A stretch of 53,367 bases of DNA from Opitutus sp. GAS368 (GCA_945861645.1 CAMAVZ010000012.1:1-53367); one strand, 5' to 3'; counted from the first letter of the stretch, positions 40,289 to 48,014 are shown. Notes: generated by a model from the letters alone, not told the origin. Numbers and translations: made by a program.

Positions 40289-40911
40289 GGAGTGTGCAGA
40301 GCGACGAGAGCGGCGCGTGCCCGGGCGAGAAACGCCTCCTTGGTTTCTCCGTCGACCGCCGCGAGTGGCGCGCCGATCGCCGCGGTCGCGATGAGCGGCA
40401 CCGGCAGCGCCGTGCCCTTGGGCATGATCCGATTGAGGTTCTCAAGAAACACGGGCACGAGTTTCACGCTCGGCCGCGACCGGGCAAGGTGGTGGATGCC
40501 GGGCTTGAACGCGCCGACCGAGAGTCCATCGCCGCGCGTGCCCTCGGGAAACACGATCAGCGAATCGCCCGCGTCGAGCGCAGCGCACATCGCGGTGATG
40601 GGATTGCACGCGACCGTTACGTGTTTCCGCTCGATCAAAACCGCGCGGAAAATCCCGTAGGCGATGCCGCGGTGCACCGCCGTCTTCTCCCAGTAGTCGC
40701 GTCCCGCGACCGGCCGCGTGCGCTCGCGCCACGCTTCCGGCAGCGCCGCCCACAGTACCGCGAAGTCGAGATGACTGGAATGATTCGCGTAGAAAATGCA
40801 CGGCCCCGAGGTGGGCAGCGCCGCCAGCGGCAGCGGACGCACGCCGCATAAGTTGCGCAAAAAACTCGCCAGGATCCCACGCGAATTACTGATATGAAAC
40901 TGGATTGGCAC
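40285..40911 (-). CDS. Lysophospholipid acyltransferase (PlsC-like); native start appears lost, nearest start is a GTG inside repeat A copy 2
   Basis: YANHSSHLD, RPVAGRDYW, FPEGTR, FKPG motifs; no ATG between the repeat and the catalytic motif. Confidence 0.8.
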   Translation of the reverse strand: MPIQFHISNSRGILASFLRNLCGVRPLPLAALPTSGPCIFYANHSSHLDFAVLWAALPEAWRERTRPVAGRDYWEKTAVHRGIAYGIFRAVLIERKHVTVACNPITAMCAALDAGDSLIVFPEGTRGDGLSVGAFKPGIHHLARSRPSVKLVPVFLENLNRIMPKGTALPVPLIATAAIGAPLAAVDGETKEAFLARARAALVALHTP

Positions 40912-40926
40912 GGGGGAGGGTTTTAA
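40888..40926 (+). repeat. Block-boundary repeat type A, copy 2
   Basis: ACTGATATGAAACTGGATTGGCACGGGGGAGGGTTTTAA. Confidence 0.9.
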
Positions 40927-40927
40927 G

Positions 40928-41083
40928 TTAAAGCCTCTCGTCCCACGCCTACCCTCCCAGCAACTCGTTCTGGTCGAAGCAGCCCTCGATGCTCTGGCTG
41001 CACCGGGCTTCGGCAATGCGCCGTGCAGCGTCCGTGTCCTCGCGGGCGTAGGAAAAAAAGACGGCCTTCGTGGGATCGCTCAT
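40928..41083 (-). pseudogene. Truncated, decayed 5' fragment of a second TIR-domain gene
   Basis: MSDPTKAVFFSYAREDTDAARRIAEARCSQSIEGCFDQNELLGG*AWDERL* aligns with MSESPKAVFLSYARQDTDAAKRIAEALRGFGVEVWFDQAELHGGDAWDAKI; ends at repeat A copy 2. Confidence 0.85.
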
Positions 41084-43458
41084 AACGGCTGGGCGGTTTT
41101 AAGAATTTCTTCGAAGCGCGGGTCGTTTTTCAAGCGAGACCAGAGGGGATCGTGGCGGAATTCGCTCGCGGTCATGGAGCCGAGCTCGGCCATGAGCTTG
41201 CGCAACTCGGCCAGCGCCTCCTCGGGCCGGCCGGTGACGATCAACACCCCGCCGAGGAAGTGGCGCACAAACCCGATGCTGTACTGGTCCAGGTTCTCCT
41301 GCGCGGCCATGGCGGCACGGGCTTCGCGGACGGCCACCTCGGCGCGGCCGGCAAAGGCTTCCGCCTGGGCGATGCCCATCTGCGCCACCGGCAGCTGCCG
41401 GGCGCTCCAGGAGCCCGCGCGGAAATACTTGATGGCCTCGTCGGCGAACTGCCGGGCCTCGTCCGGCCGGCCGAGCAGCCACGCCAGCTTGGCCCGGTGC
41501 AGGCTCACCGGGTCGTTCACGATCCCACTCAGGCCCGGCACGGTGGACCAGCGCGGATCCAGCAGATGCCGGCCCGCCTCGGCAAGATCGCCGGAGTTGA
41601 GGGCGAATTTGTAGGCGGCATCGAGTCCGTAGGGATCGCTGGCCCTCGGCGGCAAGGAGGCAAAGTCGGGAAGATAGGCGGACCGGTCGCCGTCGAGTTC
41701 CTGCCGGGCCAAGAGAGAGTAACGCATGGAGTTGTAATCCCCGATCAGCAACCCGCGGTGCTGGTCAGCGCGGGCCACCACGGCGGCATAACGCCGCATG
41801 GCCATCATCGTCTCGACGAGGCTGCCGAGGCCGCCGGCGTCGTTGGGATTGAGCGCGGCGCTCCGTTCCAGCCGGGCCAGCGCCTCCCCGATCTCACCGA
41901 CCCGGCGATGGGCCAGCGCCATGCGGTATTGGAGCTGCGCATCACTGGGCAGGTCGATCTCCGCGGCGCGATATTTCTCCAGGGCGCCACGCCAGTTGTT
42001 GTTGCAGGTATATTCGAAGGAGCCCTCGGCCAGCCGCACCTCGGGCGAACCCGGCGCCAGGGCACGCGCCTTCTCCAGGGCGGCCAGCGCCTGGGCCCGG
42101 CGTTCGGGCGTGGGGTCGAGCGCGGCGAACCAGAACATGGTGCCATGCGCGATCGAGGCCTGCACGTGCGCTAGGGTGAAGTTGGGATCCAGCGCGGCCG
42201 CCTCCTCGTAAAGCAAGGCGACGCGCTCGTGTTCGGCCCGTATTAAGGAAGAAGTTTGTATTGCCTGGTCGAGGATGCGGGCCCGCAGGTAGAGATCGTA
42301 GGCCTGCTGGTTTTCCGTCGGCCGCCGCGCGATCAGCGTCCGCTCGCCCGCGGTCAGACTGGCCTTCAACGCGGTGGCGATCTCTTGGGTGAGCGCAGCC
42401 TGAATCGCGAAGACGTCAGTGATGTCCTTGCTGTAAGTCTCGGCCCACAGGTGTCCGTCCGTCTGGGCGTCGATTAGCTGCACGTTGAGGCGCACCTTGT
42501 TCCCCGCGCGCTGGACGCTGCCCTCGAGCACGGTCGCGACGCCCAGTTCGGCGGCGATCTTGCGCAGGTTCCGCTGGCCGGTCTTGTAAGGCATGACCGA
42601 GGTACGAGAGATGACCTTCAGGTCGCGGATCTTCGCTAGTGCGGTGATGAGGTCGTCGTGCATGCCGTCGGCGAAAAACTCGTTCTCCTTTTCCGCGCTC
42701 AGGTTGGCGAACGGCAGGACCGCGATGGATTTGCCTGCCACCGCGATCGGCGGCGGAGTGGCAGGTGAGGGTGAAAGTGAAGGGGCTGCAACAGCCGGCG
42801 ACGCGACGGGCGGTTTCGGTTGACGCAAGAAGACGAATCCCACGCCGGCTGCGACCACGAGCGCAACCACCACGGCCCAGATCCAGCTCGGGACGCCGGA
42901 TTTGCGCCCTGCCCGGCTGTCGTCTGTGCCCTGTCGTCCGTCCTCTGATTTCCGGGCGACCTGGCGAAACTCCGGCGGCAGGGTCGGCGGGCGCGGCGGC
43001 TCGGGATTTAGCGCGGGCTTGCGCGGCGGCTCGAGCAGTCGCTTCACCAGCGCGACGAACTCTGGCGTCGGTGCGCCGCCGCTCAGACGTGTCCACTGGT
43101 AGCGCATGAATTCCTCCGGCACGTCGGCGCCGGATTCCGTCGTGTCGTCGATGACGACCGGCACCATGAATGTCCGGCTGCTGCCCATGTCCTGCATGCG
43201 GTCGATGGCGATCTTCCACTCGCGGCGGAAGTAGCCCTCGGCGCGCGCCTCGGTCTGCTGCGAGACTAGCGGCACGAACAGCGCGCATTCGCGGATCTGC
43301 CGGCGGATCTTCGCATCCCAGGCGTCGCCCCCGTGCAGCTCCGCTTGGTCGAACCACACCTCGACGCCGAAACCCCGCAACGCCTCGGCGATGCGCTTGG
43401 CCGCGTCCGTGTCTTGACGAGCGTAACTTAAAAAGACGGCTTTGGGGGATTCGCTCAT
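41080..43458 (-). CDS. TIR-domain membrane protein with TolB-like (SIAVLPF) domain and TPR repeats
   Basis: AVFLSYA..VWFD..GDAW..EGYFRREW TIR; TM WIWAVVVALVV; KSIAVLPFANLS..VISRTS..VLEGSVQR; TPR C-terminus ending DPRF. Confidence 0.9.
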   Translation of the reverse strand: MSESPKAVFLSYARQDTDAAKRIAEALRGFGVEVWFDQAELHGGDAWDAKIRRQIRECALFVPLVSQQTEARAEGYFRREWKIAIDRMQDMGSSRTFMVPVVIDDTTESGADVPEEFMRYQWTRLSGGAPTPEFVALVKRLLEPPRKPALNPEPPRPPTLPPEFRQVARKSEDGRQGTDDSRAGRKSGVPSWIWAVVVALVVAAGVGFVFLRQPKPPVASPAVAAPSLSPSPATPPPIAVAGKSIAVLPFANLSAEKENEFFADGMHDDLITALAKIRDLKVISRTSVMPYKTGQRNLRKIAAELGVATVLEGSVQRAGNKVRLNVQLIDAQTDGHLWAETYSKDITDVFAIQAALTQEIATALKASLTAGERTLIARRPTENQQAYDLYLRARILDQAIQTSSLIRAEHERVALLYEEAAALDPNFTLAHVQASIAHGTMFWFAALDPTPERRAQALAALEKARALAPGSPEVRLAEGSFEYTCNNNWRGALEKYRAAEIDLPSDAQLQYRMALAHRRVGEIGEALARLERSAALNPNDAGGLGSLVETMMAMRRYAAVVARADQHRGLLIGDYNSMRYSLLARQELDGDRSAYLPDFASLPPRASDPYGLDAAYKFALNSGDLAEAGRHLLDPRWSTVPGLSGIVNDPVSLHRAKLAWLLGRPDEARQFADEAIKYFRAGSWSARQLPVAQMGIAQAEAFAGRAEVAVREARAAMAAQENLDQYSIGFVRHFLGGVLIVTGRPEEALAELRKLMAELGSMTASEFRHDPLWSRLKNDPRFEEILKTAQPL

Positions 43459-43607
43459 GTCAGGGATTTGCTCCCGGATTTTTTAGCCATGAAATGGCAC
43501 GAAGGGGTACGAAAAGAGAAATTCTGCAGGAAGGGCGAGTCGAGCCTAATCACACCCCCACGCCCTGCGGGCATTAGCCTTCGCCCAAGCGCTACGGCCC
43601 GACAACT

Positions 43608-43646
43608 ACTGATCGGAAACTGGATTGGTCTAGGGGCGAGTTTTAT
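43608..43646 (+). repeat. Block-boundary repeat type A, copy 3
   Basis: ACTGATCGGAAACTGGATTGGTCTAGGGGCGAGTTTTAT. Confidence 0.9.
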
Positions 43647-44971
43647 TTATTTTTCTTCGCATTCCCGGCGGGGGCGTCGGGCGCGCTGGCGGGAGCTTGC
43701 TCGGCGCTCCATTTGTCCCACATCGCCTGCAATTCTTTGACCTTCGTGGGCTGGGCCGCGGCGAGGTCTTTCGATTCACCGATATCGGCGGCGAGGTCGT
43801 AAAGTTCGGGCTGCCCGCTGCCGCCGCGGGCGACAACGAGCTTCATGTCGCCGTGACGAATCGCCCACTGCGGGCCGTAGCGCCAGTAGAGGGTTTGATG
43901 TGGACGGGAGTTTTTTGCGCCGGTGAGAAACGGCATCAGGTCGACGCCGTCGATTTGCCACGACGCCTCGGGTTTACCGCCGGCAGCGATGATCGCCGTG
44001 GGCAACACGTCGAGATTCATCACCGGGAGGTCGGAGGTTTTTCCCGCGGGGATCTTGCCTTTCCACTGCGCGATGAACGGAACCCGCGTGCCGCCCTCGA
44101 ACGTGGTCATCTTGAACCCGCGCAGCGGGCCGTTGGAGGAGGTAATGCTCTGGGTCGGTCCGCCGTTGTCGGAAATGAAGAAGATGAGCGTATTTTCTTC
44201 CTGTCCGAGCTCGCGGATTTTTCCGAGGACGCGGCCCACGGCGTCATCCATGGCCGACATCATGGCGGCAAAGGTCTTTCGTTTTTCGTCCGTGATGCCG
44301 GGGAAACGGTAGAGATACTTTTTCGTGGCTTGGAGGGGGGCATGGACGGCGTTGAAAGGGAGATAGAGAAATCGGGGCTTGTCTTTATTTTGCTCCAACC
44401 AGTCAACCGCGCGGTCGGCATAGGCGTCGGTGGTGTAAAACGCGTCGTCCTTCACCTCGCGCACGTCGTTCGAGAGGCGCGAGTCGACAAAATTGGTGGG
44501 ATGAAAAAACGGCGTGTTGTTGAGCGTGCCGAAGAATTCGTCGAAGCCGCGCTTCGTGGGGCGGTTCTCGGGCTGGTTACCGAGGTGCCACTTACCGATC
44601 GCGGCCGTGGCGTAGCCGAGGGCTTTTAGGCGGGTCGCCAGAGTGGTCTGGTCGGCGCGCAGGCCAACGGCATTGGCCACCGTGTTGAATTCGTGACCGA
44701 AGCGCGTGGGGTAACGGCCCGTCATAAGGCCGGCGCGTGATGGGCTGCAATAGGTCGCGGCAACGTAGCCGTTGGTGAAGCGCAGGCCGTTCTGGGCAAG
44801 CGAATCGATATGGGGCGTCGGAATATCTCGGGCAAAGCCCTGCGCGGTGATTTCGCCCCAACCGAGGTCGTCGGCGTAAAAGATAATGACGTTGGGCGGG
44901 GACGCCGCGCCGGAGCAGAGCGAGCTGAGAAGACCAAGGCCGAAAACAAGACGAAGGAAACCGAATTTCAT
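43643..44971 (-). CDS. Secreted formylglycine-dependent sulfatase (S1)
   Basis: PNVIIFYADDLG, CSPSRAGLMTGRY, GKWHLG, SDNG; stop codon lies inside repeat A copy 3. Confidence 0.93.
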   Translation of the reverse strand: MKFGFLRLVFGLGLLSSLCSGAASPPNVIIFYADDLGWGEITAQGFARDIPTPHIDSLAQNGLRFTNGYVAATYCSPSRAGLMTGRYPTRFGHEFNTVANAVGLRADQTTLATRLKALGYATAAIGKWHLGNQPENRPTKRGFDEFFGTLNNTPFFHPTNFVDSRLSNDVREVKDDAFYTTDAYADRAVDWLEQNKDKPRFLYLPFNAVHAPLQATKKYLYRFPGITDEKRKTFAAMMSAMDDAVGRVLGKIRELGQEENTLIFFISDNGGPTQSITSSNGPLRGFKMTTFEGGTRVPFIAQWKGKIPAGKTSDLPVMNLDVLPTAIIAAGGKPEASWQIDGVDLMPFLTGAKNSRPHQTLYWRYGPQWAIRHGDMKLVVARGGSGQPELYDLAADIGESKDLAAAQPTKVKELQAMWDKWSAEQAPASAPDAPAGNAKKNK

Positions 44972-45026
44972 TGGAAGGGTGAGGTTGGGCGAACCGGTGA
45001 ATGACGGCCAGCGAGCCCGATGGTTA

Positions 45027-45079
45027 CGCGTCAGTTTGAATAAAATCTTCTCCCGAGTGCGCCGGCGCGGGGGCTTTAA
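45027..45079 (+). repeat. Block-boundary repeat type B, copy 1
   Basis: CGCGTCAGTTTGAATAAAATCTTCTCCCGAGTGCGCCGGCGCGGG then GGCTTTAA; matches 46535-46579. Confidence 0.85.
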
Positions 45080-45163
45080 AGTGGTTCATGATTTTAGCTG
45101 AAGAGGAATGAGGAGACTACCTGTCCACAACCCATTTGGGTTTGGTGTCATGCGTCTCTTTTC

Positions 45164-45233
45164 ACAGGAGGAAACGGAGAGAACAGAGAAAGGCATCAGG
45201 ATCTACGCCTCAGTTTCCTCCGCTTTTTCCTGT
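45164..45233. repeat. Imperfect inverted repeat (REP/MITE-like) downstream of the desaturase
   Basis: ACAGGAGGAAACGGAGAGAACAGAG ... CTCAGTTTCCTCCGCTTTTTCCTGT. Confidence 0.65.
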
Positions 45234-45253
45234 AAGAACGGATTGGTTCTGAT

Positions 45254-46258
45254 TCAGTCCCGGTGCTCACCCGCCAGCTTGGCGCCTTCGCCATCGGGGA
45301 GGCCGTCGCGGAAGGTGCCGAACCACCGGTCGAAGGGGATGACGCTGTCGCCGTAGTTGCACTCAAAATAGCGGTGGTGGAGATAGTGAAAATACGAGCC
45401 CGTGGGCCATTTGCCGTCGGCGATCGGTCCCTCGAAGCCGTGGTGCGAACCCGCCGGCCCGAGCGCCGCGTGCTGCATCGTGAAGATGAAGTGGAACGGG
45501 TGCGACGGCACCACCAAGTGGATCAAACCCACGCTAAGGTAGAGAGTCGTCTCGACGGGGTGCATCGCCATGCCCGACCAGGGGATCGGGTTGACGTTTT
45601 TGTGGTGTAGGTAGTGGACGCGGTGGTAGATCGGCTTCCAGTGGATGAACCGGTGCACCCAGTAGAAATGAAATTCCCTCCAGAACGGGATGACGAACAG
45701 CCACGCCACGAACCACACGGGATGCCGCGCCCAGTCGAGGTACGGGATGTGGTGGTTCGCATACAGCCAGAGCGTCAGCACCTCGTAGCCCGTCCACACG
45801 AGCAGCGCGACGCCGGACGTCCAGAAGATGTTGTCGTAAACCTGGTCGCCAAAGAGGAACTGCCGGCTTTTCTGCGCGGGCCAGCGGGCGTCGTATTTGC
45901 CCTTCGTGCCCTGGCGCCGGAGCGTGTAGAGATAGAGATGATAGGCGCCGTAATAGAGCCACATCAGGACGAGATTGCGCACATAGACCTGGCCGATCCA
46001 GCCGGCCTCGAAGTGGACGCAGCGGGGGAGGGCGGGCTGCGTGAGGTACCAGGAACCGCCCGCGATGGAGAGCAGCAGGAGGTTACGCGGCCACATGAAG
46101 CCCGGGTTCGAGACCACCCACTTCAGCATCGCGCCCAACCGGAGCGGCCACTTGAAGACCGGAGCATAGCGGATGGGGTAGGGCGGACGCCACTCACCGC
46201 GGGCGTTGCGCGTCTCGGGCGAAGACGATTCCGCGGCGGGCAAGGGGTTTACCGACAT
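45254..46258 (-). CDS. Sterol desaturase / fatty-acid hydroxylase family protein
   Basis: His boxes FYWVHRFIH, HYLHH, HHG, FHYLHH..NYG. Confidence 0.9.
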   Translation of the reverse strand: MSVNPLPAAESSSPETRNARGEWRPPYPIRYAPVFKWPLRLGAMLKWVVSNPGFMWPRNLLLLSIAGGSWYLTQPALPRCVHFEAGWIGQVYVRNLVLMWLYYGAYHLYLYTLRRQGTKGKYDARWPAQKSRQFLFGDQVYDNIFWTSGVALLVWTGYEVLTLWLYANHHIPYLDWARHPVWFVAWLFVIPFWREFHFYWVHRFIHWKPIYHRVHYLHHKNVNPIPWSGMAMHPVETTLYLSVGLIHLVVPSHPFHFIFTMQHAALGPAGSHHGFEGPIADGKWPTGSYFHYLHHRYFECNYGDSVIPFDRWFGTFRDGLPDGEGAKLAGEHRD

Positions 46259-46368
46259 GGGGCCGATGTTGGAAAAGCCGCGGGCTCAGACAAGGCCGCA
46301 AATGCTCCCAGACTTTGATCGTTGTAGGAAATTACGCGAAACGGCGCGAATCTATCAGGCGATTGATT

Positions 46369-46407
46369 ACTGATCGAAAACTGGATTGGCATGGGCGAGG
46401 GGTTTAA
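46369..46407 (+). repeat. Block-boundary repeat type A, copy 4
   Basis: ACTGATCGAAAACTGGATTGGCATGGGCGAGGGGTTTAA. Confidence 0.9.
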
Positions 46408-46481
46408 GGGGAGCTTGGTTTTCGTTACCGCTTAATCAAGTTGATATAGCCGTAGCTCTCGTGGGTGAGGCCGATCATGTG

Positions 46482-46523
46482 ACTGATCGGGAACTGGATT
46501 GGCCTAGGCGGCGAGATCTTCAA
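46482..46523 (+). repeat. Block-boundary repeat type A, copy 5 (degenerate 3' part)
   Basis: ACTGATCGGGAACTGGATTGGCCTAGGCGGCGAGATCTTCAA. Confidence 0.85.
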
Positions 46524-46534
46524 ACTTACTCTAG

Positions 46535-46579
46535 CGCGTCAGTTTGAATAAAATCTTCTCCCGAGCGGGCCGGCGCGGG
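46535..46579 (+). repeat. Block-boundary repeat type B, copy 2
   Basis: CGCGTCAGTTTGAATAAAATCTTCTCCCGAGCGGGCCGGCGCGGG; first 31 bp identical to copy 1. Confidence 0.85.
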
Positions 46580-46758
46580 CGATAACGACGACATACCATG
46601 GGCGACGCAAAGTAAGGGGTCGGACCAACCCTGTGGAAACAGACTGCGTAGGGTGATGATGAAGGCAAAATTGCTGCCTATGACTTGCCTAAACCTTGCG
46701 CGGGAGGGGCGAGCGCGGGGCAGGGATTTATGAAATTACCGAAAGAATAAATTCCCCG

Positions 46759-46788
46759 TTGACGCGCCATTGCGCCGCCCTTTTAACT
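46759..46788 (+). promoter_or_regulatory. Putative sigma-70 promoter of tRNA-Phe
   Basis: TTGACG, 18-bp spacer, TTAACT, 16 bp upstream of the tRNA. Confidence 0.55.
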
Positions 46789-46804
46789 CGGCCCTTTAGT
46801 GAAT

Positions 46805-46880
<76 letters not shown>

Positions 46881-46982
46881 CTTTCAGGGTTGGCAGCGGC
46901 TGCGCCGTTCGGCCGCTAAGCGGCCGGTTTCGGAATCCTGATGCCTTGGCCTGGCGGCCTCGGGTTCTCGCTTCGCTCGGAA

Positions 46983-47001
46983 CCGAGACTTGCCACCACT
47001 T
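46983..47001 (+). repeat. Direct repeat of the tRNA-Phe 3' end (att-like)
   Basis: CCGAGACTTGCCACCACTT vs CCGAGACTCGCCACCACTT (46865-46883), 18/19 identical. Confidence 0.85.
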
Positions 47002-47489
47002 GACATACAATAATTTAAGTGTTTTTAAGTTGTTACAAAAGAAGTATGTATCGAGACTGGCTTGGCAAGTAACGTGGAAACCCAGTCGGATTTCCCATGC
47101 GATGGCACCTCTGATAAGACTGTTTATCCGGGGCATTTCCCGCTGGCAATTCAGTCTGCGAGCGACGCCTAAAAGACCTTAGAATGGCCCTAGGATGCGA
47201 TTTGCAGGCCATCTGGTCTGCCGTTCTAGGGGCAGAGGGGCGGGGGGGCAACCTCGCCTGCTGGTTGAAACTCATAATCAATCCACCCGCTCCCTAAAAT
47301 TTAATTACAAAGGGGCAAGCCGGGGATGCGGATGCATCAGGTGATTCCCGCAGCCTCCTTTAATTTTAAAAAATGGGGCAAAGGGGCCGCTGGGGGATTG
47401 GACTCGTACTATTCCGTCAAAAGTGGAGCATATATTACGTCTACCTCATTGTGACTGACTTAAGAGTAATCTAAACCCACCGCTGATTT

Positions 47490-48014
47490 ATGAAAAAATG
47501 GATATCTAAAAGCATGCTGATTTTTGCTGCTCTGTTGTTAATTTTTAAACGCAAACGCTAACGACACCATCACTATTCCATAAGGCACTGAAGTGAGAAT
47601 TCGTTTTAACGAAAAACTGTCATCTGAAACATCTATTGAGGGCGATGTATTTTCTATTCAGGTCGAAGACGACGTTGAGCTAGACGGAAAGACAGTTATC
47701 CTCGCAGGAACTAAAGAAAAGGGAGAGGTAACATCGGCTTAAAAAAAGGATTTGTAGGGAAAGCGGGCGAATTAAATATTTGCCTAACCCATATTAAAGT
47801 AGGCGATAAAAAAGTCCGAATCAGGGCAAACAAAAGTAAAGTTGGTGACAGTAAATTAGGAACATCAGTAGCACTTACCTTAATCCTTGGCCCATTAGGC
47901 TTACTAAAAAGAGGCAAAGATATAGCCATCACGGAGGGGCAAACAGTACTCGCCTTTGTTGATGATGATACTGTGGTCCCATTCCCACCTCCAAAAATCC
48001 CGAAGGGGAACTAA
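47490..48014 (+). pseudogene. Disrupted AT-rich gene for a secreted beta-rich protein (TrbI/VirB10-like fold by resemblance)
   Basis: MKKWISKSMLIFAALLLI, frameshift, then NANANDTITIP*GTEVRIRFNEKLSSETSIEGDVF..EVTSA*KKGFVGKAGEL..GPLGLLKRGKDI..AFVD..GN*. Confidence 0.7.

Noticed and set aside
40912-41016. N-terminal extension of the 243-aa acyltransferase ORF (MPKPGAARAS..)
   Set aside because: It is an alternative frame of the TIR remnant plus repeat sequence, not acyltransferase sequence.
41152-44629. Long alternative ORFs (41152-42174, 42416-43357, 43697-44629)
   Set aside because: Shadow or out-of-frame ORFs expected in high-GC genes; no recognisable motifs.
38507-46523. Type A repeats as a CRISPR array
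   Set aside because: Spacers are 74 bp to 2.7 kb, the repeats are more divergent than CRISPR repeats, and no cas genes are in the window.
38507-46579. Repeats as integron attC or XerC/D dif (pdif) sites
   Set aside because: No RYYYAAC..GTTRRRY inverted pair forming a hairpin (only copy 1 has a GTTAAAT on the minus strand), no 11-6-11 Xer box layout, and no intI gene seen.
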